This document shows, one piece after another, positions 30,763 to 40,795 of a stretch of DNA of 64,000 bases. A program made the translations under genes and the position numbers. The notes under the pieces are model-generated. The model was not told the origin of the DNA. It searched no databases and was given only the letters and a program-made list of their open reading frames with translations. The first letter of the stretch is position 1, and each line of letters starts with the position of its first letter. The DNA is taken from positions 1 to 64,000 of the forward strand of contig CAWBAT010000004.1 in NCBI GenBank assembly GCA_963786955.1, given 5' to 3'. Source of the stretch: an uncultured Acidimicrobiia bacterium. Its GTDB lineage: Bacteria > Acidobacteriota > Terriglobia > Versatilivoradales > Versatilivoraceae.

Positions 30763-31190
30763 CTAGTTCGGATTTCTCACCACCAGCGCCGCATTCCCCC
30801 CCGCTCCCCTCTCCCGCGTTGGGGCGAGGGGAGCCGATAATTCATTAGTGGGTTCCTCTTTCCAAGGGAGAGAGAAGGTGGAAAGTAATTTTCGAATGTA
30901 ATGCGCTAGCTACGGGGGGGGAATCTTTAAGGGCAAGGCATTCGGTGACGATTTGAGATTGTCGCTTCTGTAGCGGCTGAGTGGGTAGGGACGGACCGCC
31001 GGGCCGTCCGCGGCGCGCTCGGCGAGCGCGCCCTACCAGAAATTCCCCCGATAACTAACGCATAACTTTCGAACTGTTTGTAGGGAACGCTCGCCGCAGC
31101 GTTCCCTACGTTGCCAAGGAGCTCTGAATTCAAATGGTTTCGCTACTCTACTGTTTCTGTTCTCCCCCGGTGGTGAGAAATCCGGGCTAG
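30763..31190. mobile_element. MITE-like element (copy B) with nested insertion
   Basis: CTAG on both sides; TIR CGGATTTCTCACCACC / GGTGGTGAGAAATCCG; homologous to 65-312. Confidence 0.8.
30897..31067. mobile_element. 171-bp nested MITE
   Basis: Flanked by duplicated TTCGAA (30891-30896, 31068-31073), has imperfect ~26-bp TIRs and is absent from copy A. Confidence 0.75.
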
Positions 31191-31235
31191 GTCAAGCCGG
31201 GCCACAGCTCATTCGCTGCGGCGATCGCATGCTAC

Positions 31236-31264
31236 TTGATTAAAGAATACACTGTAATTATAAT
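31236..31264 (+). promoter_or_regulatory. brnTA promoter, probably leaderless
   Basis: TTGATT-17 bp-TATAAT, with ATGs at 31268 and 31271 and no SD sequence. Confidence 0.65.
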
Positions 31265-31267
31265 GTA

Positions 31268-31564
31268 ATGATGAATGATTTGCGATTCATCTGGGATCCT
31301 CAAAAAGCTGTCTCCAACAAATCAAAACATGGAGTGGCATTTTCTGAAGCTGAGACGGTCTTTTTCGACGAAAATGCCATCGAGTATCCCGATCCTGATC
31401 ATTCCGAGGAAGAGGACCATTTTATCATTCTTGGCTTGAGTGGTGGGTTGAGAGTATTGGTGGTTTGTTACTGCTACCGCCACACCGTATCCACTATCCG
31501 CATCATCTCCGCCCGCAAGGCCACCCAAAAAGAAACTCGATTGTATGGAGAACAAAGACGATGA
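31268..31564 (+). CDS. brnT: BrnT-family toxin
   Basis: FIWDPQKAVSNKSKHGVAF, DPDHS..E and IRIISARKAT. Confidence 0.9.
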   Translation: MMNDLRFIWDPQKAVSNKSKHGVAFSEAETVFFDENAIEYPDPDHSEEEDHFIILGLSGGLRVLVVCYCYRHTVSTIRIISARKATQKETRLYGEQRR

Positions 31565-31776
31565 GAAAAGAATACGATTTTTCTAAGATTCCAGGCAAAA
31601 AGAACCCTTATGCCAAACGGCTGAAGAAGCAAATAACAATACGTTTGGGCATTGATGCCATAGAATATTTCAAGCAGATGTCCAAAACCACCGGGATTCC
31701 TTATCAAAGCCTAATCAATTCTTACTTGACTGACTGTGCCCGAAATCAAAAAAAACTGGTGCTCAACTGGTCATAG
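31561..31776 (+). CDS. brnA: BrnA-family antitoxin
   Basis: MRKEYDFS, KNPY, KKQITIRL and GIPYQSLIN; ATGA overlap with brnT. Confidence 0.9.
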   Translation: MRKEYDFSKIPGKKNPYAKRLKKQITIRLGIDAIEYFKQMSKTTGIPYQSLINSYLTDCARNQKKLVLNWS

Positions 31777-31795
31777 GACCACTTCTATTCTTCAT

Positions 31796-33016
31796 CTACT
31801 CGATGACCGAGGATTCAGCCAACGCCATGAATGCCTGGCGTTCGTCGTTGCCCCCTTCCCGGTGAATCATGAAGATCCCTATCAACTCCTTTTGAGGATC
31901 AATGAAACAAAACGTTCCATAGCGCCCCCCATGACCAAAGGTACCTGGGGAAAGCGGCGACGGGGTGCCCGAAGTCTCCTTCATGACAAACCAGCCGAGC
32001 CCCCAGCCCGCACCGGATTGACTGGTGGTCAAGTCACCCGTATGGACACGGGTCATCACCTCAACAGACTGCGGTGAAAGGATGCGAACACCTTTGACCT
32101 GGCCCTTGTTAAGCATCATTTGATAGAGGATGTAAAGATCGCTCGCGGTCGAATAGATCCCCCCTTCCGGGAGCGGGTACTTTGCCCCTTCACGAAACTT
32201 CATCACCCCTTCGCCCAAGGGATCCGTCGTGTATTTGACGGGTTTGCCATCCTTCATAATATAGGCCGTGGGCATCCGGTCGTGCTTTTCCTTCGGAGGA
32301 AAGGTGTAAGTATCCTTCATGCCCAGCGGCTGGAAGATGCGCCGATCGAGGAACTTCTCGAAAGGCATTCCGGAAACCACTTCGATCACTCGGGCCAGCG
32401 CAGCAATTCCGGTATTGGAGTACTGCCACTTCGTGCCAGGATCGAAATCAAGCGGTTGTTGGGACTCTACCAACACCACGTCCGCGAGTGGCATGTGCAG
32501 GGCCTTGTGCAACTCCTTGATGGATTCTGGCGGGTTGGTACTCATCCCGGAAGTATGGGTCATGAGGTCGCGCAACGTGACTGGCCGGGAAGGCCGACGC
32601 AAAGACATTGCTTCGGCGCTCTTTGACTCGGCAACCCACTGGCCGCGGAACTCTGGCAGGATTTTCTCAACAGGATCGCCAATTTCGAGCTTCCCTTCCT
32701 CGACGAGCATCATCACTGCGATCGCAACGATGGGCTTTGTCATGGAATGAATCTGGAAGATATTGTCGACTCGCATCGGCTGTTTGGTTTCCAGATCGGT
32801 AAAGCCTACCGCATTGATCGCGGCCACATGCCCATGGCGCGCCACAAGCGTGACCACTCCGGCCACCGTTCCCTTGTCCACGAACTGTTGCATCCGGATT
32901 GGAATTTGGGCAAGGCGATTCGGGTCAAGACCTGTCTCGTCCGAGTGTTGGGCAATGAGAGGCGAGGCAGCAAATAAAGACGCTGCGAGGAAGAGCACAG
33001 AAAATAGAGCGTACAT
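31796..33016 (-). CDS. Secreted serine hydrolase, class C beta-lactamase-related
   Basis: SMTK (SxxK), WQYSN (YxN) and FGHGG; signal peptide from Met at 33016. Confidence 0.88.
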   Translation of the reverse strand: MYALFSVLFLAASLFAASPLIAQHSDETGLDPNRLAQIPIRMQQFVDKGTVAGVVTLVARHGHVAAINAVGFTDLETKQPMRVDNIFQIHSMTKPIVAIAVMMLVEEGKLEIGDPVEKILPEFRGQWVAESKSAEAMSLRRPSRPVTLRDLMTHTSGMSTNPPESIKELHKALHMPLADVVLVESQQPLDFDPGTKWQYSNTGIAALARVIEVVSGMPFEKFLDRRIFQPLGMKDTYTFPPKEKHDRMPTAYIMKDGKPVKYTTDPLGEGVMKFREGAKYPLPEGGIYSTASDLYILYQMMLNKGQVKGVRILSPQSVEVMTRVHTGDLTTSQSGAGWGLGWFVMKETSGTPSPLSPGTFGHGGRYGTFCFIDPQKELIGIFMIHREGGNDERQAFMALAESSVIE

Positions 33017-33064
33017 TAAGATTCCTTTTGCCGCGGGCGATAGCGGCATACCCAGAAATAAATC

Positions 33065-33490
33065 AACCCTTCCCCCTTTGCAGTGTTTTCTTTTGGGACA
33101 TGCAAGGGGCGTAGGGGGGTGTCCCGTCGGGAGAGAGGATACCCCCCTTGTATTCCCCCCTTGTATTCCCCCCTTGTTCAAGGGGGGAAAGAAATCTCTG
33201 CCTTCCCTTTCGAAGGGGAAGGCGTGAAAAAATACCGCCGGGTCGGGTGACCCGGCCTACAACACGAGGGACACACCCCGGCGCCTGCGGCGTTTCCCCC
33301 CCTCGACAGAGGGGATTCACGGGAGCCGCACATCCCGCTGATCGTCACTCCTCACAGAGGATTACCGGGCGATTCCCCCTTTGAAGGGGGCGTAGGGGGA
33401 TGTCCTAATACCACGCTGTTTGGTTTCTTCCAAAAAGGGACACCCCTCGGCGCCTGCGGCGATTCCCCCCCTTGATAGGGGGGAATCTCG
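33065..33490. repeat. Cluster of TCCCCC...AGGGGG palindromic repeats with a 13-bp tandem (CCCCCCTTGTATT)
   Basis: Repeated AAGGGG(G)CGTAGGGGG and GGCGCCTGCGGCG.TTCCCCCC units. Confidence 0.7.
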
Positions 33491-33498
33491 AAAGATTT

Positions 33499-34938
33499 TC
33501 AAGCGAGAATCCCATTGATGTTGTGGCCATGGACATCCGTGAGGCTGACATTGCGGCCACCAAAACGGTAAGTGAGTTTTTTGTGATCCAATCCTAAAAG
33601 CTGGAGAATCGTGGCATGGAGATCAAACACTTCGGTGACGTTTTCCACTGAGTGCATGCCGACTTCGTCAGTCGCACCGTAAACGAAGCCGCTTTTCAAG
33701 CCTCCTCCCGCCATCCAGACCGTGAAGGCCGTTTCATGATGGTCGCGGCCATCGGGCTTGGGCGCATGAGGGGTTCGGCCAAATTCCGTCGCCCAAACCA
33801 CCAGAGTTTCGTTGAGCAGTCCCCTGGATTTTAAATCTTTGAGTAACCCGGCAATACCCTGGTCCGTAATGAACGCATTGCCCTCATGTCCCTTCTTAAG
33901 TTCGCTATGCTGGTCCCAGGTTCCATTATTTGAGCCATAAACCTCAGGGCAGGTGATCTCGACAAAGCGGACACCGGATTCAATCAACTTTCGCGCACGC
34001 AAACACTGTGTGCTATACAACCGTTTATTCTGATCGGTGGCATCCAATCCGTAGAGGCGCTTAGTCGCCTCACTCTCTTTGTCCAGATTCAAAACGTCAG
34101 GCACGGAAGATTGCATCTTGTAAGCCAACTCGTAATTTTGAATGGCGGAATCCACTGCATCATCGTTCCGAATCGACTTCAAGAATTGCTGGTCCTCCTG
34201 AAGCAGCGCGTCCAGTTTTGCACGCTGAATTTTGGGATTCTTATCCGCGGGTTCGATATTCACAACCGGTTTCCCTTCCGCCTGCATCGGAGTGGCTTGA
34301 TAAGTTGCCGGCAAGAAACCATTGGAGAAATTCTCGAGACCTCCGGGCGGCACGGCTCCGGCATGAAGAAGGACATATCCCGGCAAGTTCTTATTTTCGC
34401 TGCCGAGTGCGTAGTTCACCCAGGATCCCAGACTCGGATATCCGCCGCCGTTACGGCCCGTATGCATCAGCAGATTAGCGCGCGGGTGCAGGGGAAATCC
34501 AGAAACCATCGAGCGGATGACCGTGATCTCATCCACACAACCGGATAAGTACGGAAATAATTCGCTGACCCAAATTCCAGACTGTCCATATTGCTTAAAC
34601 TGCCAGGGACTTTTAACCCACTTGCGATCGGTTTCTTTCTTGGCTCCTACCTGATAAATGCCCTCGTAAGGTTTGCCATCCAGTTCAGCCAGCTTGGGCT
34701 TTGGATCAAAGGTATCAATATGTGAAACGGCTCCGGGCATGAAGCAAAAAATCACATTCTTGACTTTGGGAAGGAAGTGCGGCAATTGAGTCGACAGTTC
34801 CGCATAGGCTTTATCGGCCATCAGCGCCGAAAGTGCCATCAGTCCGAACCCACTGGAAGCGTATTTGAGAACGTCACGCCGGGAAAGCGGTGTGGCCACA
34901 TAACCTGGACATCCTGTTTTTCGCATGCCTTGACTCAT
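33499..34938 (-). CDS. DUF1501 family protein (Tat signal)
   Basis: SRRDVLK, SHIDTFDPKP, GVRFVEI, WDQH, TEFGRTP and GRDHH. Confidence 0.9.
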   Translation of the reverse strand: MSQGMRKTGCPGYVATPLSRRDVLKYASSGFGLMALSALMADKAYAELSTQLPHFLPKVKNVIFCFMPGAVSHIDTFDPKPKLAELDGKPYEGIYQVGAKKETDRKWVKSPWQFKQYGQSGIWVSELFPYLSGCVDEITVIRSMVSGFPLHPRANLLMHTGRNGGGYPSLGSWVNYALGSENKNLPGYVLLHAGAVPPGGLENFSNGFLPATYQATPMQAEGKPVVNIEPADKNPKIQRAKLDALLQEDQQFLKSIRNDDAVDSAIQNYELAYKMQSSVPDVLNLDKESEATKRLYGLDATDQNKRLYSTQCLRARKLIESGVRFVEITCPEVYGSNNGTWDQHSELKKGHEGNAFITDQGIAGLLKDLKSRGLLNETLVVWATEFGRTPHAPKPDGRDHHETAFTVWMAGGGLKSGFVYGATDEVGMHSVENVTEVFDLHATILQLLGLDHKKLTYRFGGRNVSLTDVHGHNINGILA

Positions 34939-34956
34939 CCGCTCAGCTCCCCCGTT

Positions 34957-37900
34957 TTATCTCAAATAGATAAATTCTTTTAGATTGAAAATAGCATGGG
35001 CCATGTCCTTCCAGACATCACGGCTCGTGAGGATCTGGCCTGGTGCCGTTTCGTGAAGACTCGCCAATTCGTTGACGAGGCCTTTGAATCGAGTCTGCTC
35101 GGCATCGTCCGGGGGTCTGCCGAGCGCAGTGAGAAACATCCCATTCAGCCTTCCTTCCAACGTTGGGGCCTGGGCCTCGAGTAAACGGTCCGCCCAGAAG
35201 CCCGCCTGGTCAAGGACGAAAGGATCATTCAACAGAGCCAGTGCCTGAGACGGCACGTTCGTTGTATCCCGATTTCCTCGAGTGACCGCCGGATTCGGAA
35301 AATCGAAAGTCTCGAGAAAACGCGAGCCTTCATGCCGAGTCACCTTGATATAGATACTTCTTCGACCGTTTCCATCAAGCGGGCCCTGGTGCAGTTTACG
35401 ATAGTCCTTGGGCTCTTCCCGGTAGGGCTGAATGCTCGGGCCGTACATGGTTCGATCCAGGCGTCCGGATACAGCGAGGATCGCGTCGCGAATCGATTCG
35501 CCTTCGAGGCGGTGAATCGGGTAATACGATAATAGCCGGTCTTGGGGGTCGAGCGTCAAAGACTCCGGTGAAGGCTCACTCGACTGCTGGAAAGTTTGTG
35601 ACATCACGAGAAAGCGAATCTGCTTCTTGATCGACCAACCCTCACGCATGAACCGCAGAGCCAAATAGTCGAGTAGTTCTTGATTCGACGGCCGCTCGCC
35701 ATAAACTCCGAAATTGTCTGCGGTGGGCACGATGCCGCGTCCAAAGAGGTGAAGCCACATTCGATTCACCATCACGCGCGCGGTCAACGGATTCGTCGGA
35801 CTCGCAATCAATTCAGCAATCTCCCGCCTCCCGCTGCCGGTCACCTTGAGTCCATCCGCTGTTCCCGTAATAATCTGCAAGAAACCACGCGGCACCGGAT
35901 TGCCGGGATGGGTCGCATCCCCCGCCGGCAACACCGGAAAATTGTAGCCAGGGTCAAGATCCGCCATCCCATCAAAATCTCTTGGGGCCGAGATCCGCGC
36001 TTCGGTGAGACGGTACTCTTCAATGAGTGCACGCAGCCGAGGAGTCTCGGCGTTTGCATTGGCAAGCAACCGGTTTTCCAGAAGCCAGCTGATCCAGCGG
36101 CAATCCTCGTCATTTGACTTTCCGTCGGTCCAACGGGTGAGAGCCTTTTTGACTATGGCGACATATCGGTCGGCGAGCTCCTCCAGACGGCTCGGCGCAT
36201 TGCCCTCGAATAGTCGAGCCATATGGGAGAGTTCATCCCGCGGAGACTCGTCGATGTCATGTAATACGGCCCGGGTCATCCCAAAATAGGAATAGGGCGA
36301 ACTCATCTGTTCTGGCGTGACTTTGAGTCGCTTGGGACGGTCTGGGATTCTCGGATTCTCCGATTTGGTGACGAGTTCCACATAGAACGGCAAGGCTGGC
36401 TGGTCGTCGCGGTTTGGAATCTTCAGCCACCGTGGGGTCCCCCAATCGAGTAACTTGTAATCCTCTCCGAGCATACAATTATCAAGCACAGTCCGCCACG
36501 CTCCCATTTTGCCGCCCATCACTTGAAGACTCACAAACTTCTTTTCCTTGGGAACGAGAGGCGAGCGCATCGCCCCATCGAGCCGTTCGGACAGCACATG
36601 GGTATAGACCCCTGCCGGAAACACGCCCGTGATGGCGTCGGGACCACTAATAGCCACTGCAAATTCTCCACTGGAGGAAGGCCCATCGCCGGAAGCATTT
36701 CCATCCGCGTGCCAGCCATCAAAACGGTCTCGGGTCAAGTCTCCAAATGGAATGAAGTTCTCGCGATTAAAAGCAATGCGTTTTTGTGCCTCTTCCTCGT
36801 AGCGAGGCTTCAGTTTGCTCCATGCCGGCAGAACCTCCGAATCGGCCACTTGCAACCATGGATACAGAGGTTCTTCCATCCCGGGGTTTTGTTTCTGGAG
36901 CAGAGTGAGCCAGGCCTGAATCCGGTCGAGCGAAAGGTCGGTGAGATCCTCCGGCTTGGGAGAAAGTCCTTTCGAAGCCCGCTGTGCGGCCATCAAGTAG
37001 CGTGGAATCAGGCTCGCTTCTTGAAACCATTGTTTCGCGACTTCTGTCCGAATCTGCGGCTTTAAATCACGCAAGCGCTGTTTGGCCGCCGCATTGACTT
37101 CTGAAGTATCCGCACTGCGCATAACCATCCGTGAACTCGTCAGGGCTCCGTAGAGTGCATAATAGTCTGCGGTGGGAATAGGGTCGAGTTTGTGATCGTG
37201 ACAGCGGGCGCAAGCCACCGTGAGGCCTTGAAAGGCCTTTCCCAGTGTGTCGATCTGGTTATCGACCACGTCGGTTCGGATTTGCCGAAAACGAATGCAA
37301 TCGTCATGCCCCAGTTCTCCGAAACGCAAAAAAGAGGTTCCGATCAGCGATTCGTTAATTCCCTCTTGGTTGTTGATGCGGGGCTTTTCGAGCAAGTCAC
37401 CGGCGAGATGCTCGCGGATGAGCTGGTCGTAGGGGACATCCTGATTGAACGCCCGGATGAGGTAATCACGGTAGAGCCACGCCCCCTTGATTTCATAATT
37501 CCAATCGTTGCCAAAAGTCTCGGCAAAGCGCATGACGTCCATCCAGTGACGCGCCCACTGTTCTCCAAAATGGGGTGAGGCCAACAGTCGATCGACAAGC
37601 CTGGCGTAGGCCCCCGGCGATTCGTCATGGACGAACAAACTGACTTCGAGCGGCGTTGGCGGAAATCCAGTGAGCACAAAACTCAACCTGCGGATTAGAG
37701 CTTTCCGGTCGGCAGGTTCGGCGGGCTTCAGGCCCTCTTTGCGAAGGGCCGCGAGGATAAATCGATCAACCGGGTGGCTGGTGTTTGCCATTTCCTCAGG
37801 CTGTGATTCGCGCAGTCGCTGATAGGCCCAATGCTCTTTTTTAATTTGGTCATAGCTAGCCCGAGCCCCCTTAACTGGAGATGACACGGCACCCACCGTT

Positions 37901-38301
37901 GGCCAGGGCGCTCCTAAGTTGATCCATTTTTCGATGGCGGCGATTTCTTCGATTGCCAGCTTCCCCCCGAGCGGCATATTGAGGCCGTCGTGGTGGATCG
38001 CTTTCACAAGCAGGCTAACCTTTGCATCGCCTGGCGCGATGGCAGGACCGCGAGTACCCCCTTTCAAGAGGGCCTCACGGGAATCAACGCGCAGTGACGA
38101 GAGTTGCTGCGCTGGCCCGTGACAGGACACACAATACTTCACAAGCAAAGGTCTGACATCTTTCTCAAAGAATTCGATAGAGCTTGGGTCTGGCTTCGGG
38201 TCTTCCAAAGCTAAAAGAGGGGAAGTCGCGATCACTAAAAGTAAAACTGAGAGCCAGTGGAATTTGCTGCGGCGGCTTGATATCGAAGCATTCCTAATCA
38301 T
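34957..38301 (-). CDS. Planctomycete-type cytochrome c / DUF1549 / DUF1553 (PSD1) protein
   Basis: CVSCH and CARCHDHK heme motifs; HPVDRFI, NPLTARVMVNRMW and PSQALALLN. Confidence 0.9.
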   Translation of the reverse strand: MIRNASISSRRSKFHWLSVLLLVIATSPLLALEDPKPDPSSIEFFEKDVRPLLVKYCVSCHGPAQQLSSLRVDSREALLKGGTRGPAIAPGDAKVSLLVKAIHHDGLNMPLGGKLAIEEIAAIEKWINLGAPWPTVGAVSSPVKGARASYDQIKKEHWAYQRLRESQPEEMANTSHPVDRFILAALRKEGLKPAEPADRKALIRRLSFVLTGFPPTPLEVSLFVHDESPGAYARLVDRLLASPHFGEQWARHWMDVMRFAETFGNDWNYEIKGAWLYRDYLIRAFNQDVPYDQLIREHLAGDLLEKPRINNQEGINESLIGTSFLRFGELGHDDCIRFRQIRTDVVDNQIDTLGKAFQGLTVACARCHDHKLDPIPTADYYALYGALTSSRMVMRSADTSEVNAAAKQRLRDLKPQIRTEVAKQWFQEASLIPRYLMAAQRASKGLSPKPEDLTDLSLDRIQAWLTLLQKQNPGMEEPLYPWLQVADSEVLPAWSKLKPRYEEEAQKRIAFNRENFIPFGDLTRDRFDGWHADGNASGDGPSSSGEFAVAISGPDAITGVFPAGVYTHVLSERLDGAMRSPLVPKEKKFVSLQVMGGKMGAWRTVLDNCMLGEDYKLLDWGTPRWLKIPNRDDQPALPFYVELVTKSENPRIPDRPKRLKVTPEQMSSPYSYFGMTRAVLHDIDESPRDELSHMARLFEGNAPSRLEELADRYVAIVKKALTRWTDGKSNDEDCRWISWLLENRLLANANAETPRLRALIEEYRLTEARISAPRDFDGMADLDPGYNFPVLPAGDATHPGNPVPRGFLQIITGTADGLKVTGSGRREIAELIASPTNPLTARVMVNRMWLHLFGRGIVPTADNFGVYGERPSNQELLDYLALRFMREGWSIKKQIRFLVMSQTFQQSSEPSPESLTLDPQDRLLSYYPIHRLEGESIRDAILAVSGRLDRTMYGPSIQPYREEPKDYRKLHQGPLDGNGRRSIYIKVTRHEGSRFLETFDFPNPAVTRGNRDTTNVPSQALALLNDPFVLDQAGFWADRLLEAQAPTLEGRLNGMFLTALGRPPDDAEQTRFKGLVNELASLHETAPGQILTSRDVWKDMAHAIFNLKEFIYLR

Positions 38302-38612
38302 GAATAGGCCATTGGGCTTTGGCGAATCGACAGCAGCGCAAACGACATTTCTGCTCCAAAGCCGAGGGGAAGTGTGAAAGAATTCCGCCCGGTTAGGGAC
38401 GAACCATTCGGTCGCTTTCTTTTCTAGAATAACATATTCAGTGAGGATACGTATTGCCGTTTGCTCGATCTGCCGCAGATTCCTGGGAGTAATGGTTCTC
38501 CCGGTTCCTGAGTGCTCTGTTTCAAAAATACGATCACGTATTTTCAGCGCTCTGACCGGCTAGTGGTGGCGCGCATGAAACTTCGGAATTCGGGCTTACG
38601 GCAAAAACTTTG

Positions 38613-39479
38613 TCAAGGCCGCGATCTCGAGGAGCCCGCCAAAAGATTCTCTCGGAGAAAAGCCAGGCCTTGCCGGGCTAAAGTATCCGGAGAGTCAGAC
38701 AAAGGTCGCCATAAACGAGCCAGGGGAGCCAATCGGCCTTCAGGGTTGAAGGACTCGATCACCACGTAACCCTTGTATCGGATCTTCTGGAGCGCGCTGG
38801 CCACTTGGCCCCAGGGGACATGCCCCTCTCCGGGAATCCCCCGGTGGCTGTCTGAGCCATGCAGGTGAAAGAGCTTGTCCCCTGCCAAATTGATGGCACC
38901 GGCAATATCTTCTTCTTCAATGTTCATATGAAAACTGTCCAGATGGATGCCAACGAATGGGGATTGAACCAGCTCGATTAGCTCGCGAGCCTGCTTTGCT
39001 GTGTTGATCAAATTGTTTTCGTAACGGTTGAGCACTTCCACCCCCAAACGGACTCCGACTTTAGCGGCATATTGGCCCAATTGATCCAGCCCTTCAGCAG
39101 CTCTTTGAATGCTCGCCTGCCACTGGCTGGCAGATAGTCCTTTCTCTCCGCCTACTCCCGCCACGGATCCGGAAAAAATTGAAGCCCCTGCTTCTGCGCA
39201 GATGTCCAAGCCTCGCTTGGCATATTCCAAAGCACGGCTCCGACTCTTGGCATCCTCACTGGAGAGGTCACGCTCAGAACTAAACAAGCCGATGATGGAA
39301 CAGCCCAGTTCATAATTTGCGAGCTCTCTACGAAGCGCATGAGTGTCAATAGTGGCGTCATCTTCGAATCCAAATTCGATGACCGATCCTCCCAGCGACT
39401 TCACCTTCGCAAGCAAAGGCAAATCTCGCGCCGTGCTGAAGGGAGATGTCCAGACCCAAAGATTGATGCCAATTTTCAT
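38613..39479 (-). CDS. Sugar-phosphate isomerase/epimerase (D-psicose/D-tagatose 3-epimerase-like)
   Basis: EVLNRYE, HLDSFHMNIEE, SHRGIPGEG and VIESF. Confidence 0.85.
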   Translation of the reverse strand: MKIGINLWVWTSPFSTARDLPLLAKVKSLGGSVIEFGFEDDATIDTHALRRELANYELGCSIIGLFSSERDLSSEDAKSRSRALEYAKRGLDICAEAGASIFSGSVAGVGGEKGLSASQWQASIQRAAEGLDQLGQYAAKVGVRLGVEVLNRYENNLINTAKQARELIELVQSPFVGIHLDSFHMNIEEEDIAGAINLAGDKLFHLHGSDSHRGIPGEGHVPWGQVASALQKIRYKGYVVIESFNPEGRLAPLARLWRPLSDSPDTLARQGLAFLRENLLAGSSRSRP

Positions 39480-39679
39480 ATTGCTCTACCCACCTCACGA
39501 CAAATGAGAGAACCGGAATAATTAAAATGCAGGGGAGCGGGGGATATCAAACCTTGTCCTAATTTGCAAAAGTCCGTGTTGTAGCTATTCCCGCTGTTTA
39601 GGCCCGGGGTCAACGACCCCGGCTACAACACTTACCGCGAATTTGTGCAACTTAACCCTAGTTTGGGCTGTTAGAGGAT

Positions 39680-40642
39680 CTATTCAAACCAGAGTTTGGT
39701 GGAAGGTTTTTCGAGCATCACCTTTCGGAGCAGACCGACTGCTAATTCAAATCCTTCCTCGGAACCAATCAATGGGTCTTCATGTTCAATGGAGAGTACG
39801 TCATCGTAACCGATGAGCCTAAGCGTGCTCACAAACGATCGCCAAAACTCTTCGGCATGACCAAAACCAGCCGTCCGGAAGACCCAACTCCGGTTCTGTT
39901 TGTCTTGAAAGGATTTTGAGTCGAGAATTCCATTGATGCGGACCACATGTTCATCTAACCGGCTGTCCTTGGCATGAACGTGATAGATCGCGTCGCCCAG
40001 GAACCGAATCACTTCAATGATGTCGATGCCTTGCCAAAATAAATGAGAGGGATCCAAGTTGCATCCCACCACAGGACCCACGGCATTCCTGAGTCGCAGC
40101 AAGGCTTCCGGTTTGTAAACCATATCGACAGGATGCATCTCGAAACACAAACGGATGCCATGATCTTGGGCGATCTGTCCGTGCTCCTTCCAATAAGGAA
40201 TAAGCCGTTTCTCCCATTGCCATTCAAACATTTCCAGATTCCGCGGAGGATAGGGATACAAGATCCAGTTGGGCACTTGGTCTCCTGGGGCTGCTTCCGG
40301 AAGGCCAGAAAGTAATGTGAGACGCCTCACCCCAAGCTTCTCAGCCAAACGGCAAGTATCTCGGAATTCCTGATCATATCCCTTGGCGATCAGAGGATCT
40401 GGATGAAGCGGTTCACCGTGCATGGCCAAGGCACTGATCGTGAGTCCAAACTCCGCCAGAGTCTCTTGGAATTTCTTGAACTTTGATGGATCTGAAAGTA
40501 ACTCGGCCGGGTCGCAATGGTTCTTTGGAAAGAAGCCCCCCGTACCGATCTCGATCGCCTTTAGCCCCAATTTGTGCATCCGCTCGGCTGCTTCACGAAG
40601 GGATAAGTGCACAAATACGGTAGTGATGGCTCCTAAATGCAT
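39680..40642 (-). CDS. Sugar-phosphate isomerase/epimerase (xylose-isomerase-like TIM barrel)
   Basis: FEMHP, NLDPSHLFWQG, HVHAKD and SIEHED. Confidence 0.85.
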   Translation of the reverse strand: MHLGAITTVFVHLSLREAAERMHKLGLKAIEIGTGGFFPKNHCDPAELLSDPSKFKKFQETLAEFGLTISALAMHGEPLHPDPLIAKGYDQEFRDTCRLAEKLGVRRLTLLSGLPEAAPGDQVPNWILYPYPPRNLEMFEWQWEKRLIPYWKEHGQIAQDHGIRLCFEMHPVDMVYKPEALLRLRNAVGPVVGCNLDPSHLFWQGIDIIEVIRFLGDAIYHVHAKDSRLDEHVVRINGILDSKSFQDKQNRSWVFRTAGFGHAEEFWRSFVSTLRLIGYDDVLSIEHEDPLIGSEEGFELAVGLLRKVMLEKPSTKLWFE

Positions 40643-40795
40643 TCATCTCCCTCCGATTGGAATTACAGTGACCTAGTTGGGATTGGCGCCGTGTGGGGTT
40701 GAGGCTTTAGAAAGCCTCAATGGCCTACAAAATTGTTGGCTGGGTCACCGACCCGGCGTTAACTTCACCGTATTTATGAAAAGCAGTACTAAATC

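Noticed and set aside
31796-33016. Antibiotic-resistance beta-lactamase
   Set aside because: SxxK/YxN/HGG fits the broad esterase/peptidase family. It lacks the KTG triad of true class C enzymes.
33017-33181. N-terminal extension of the serine hydrolase ORF
   Set aside because: It is translated repeat sequence. The signal peptide begins at Met 33016.
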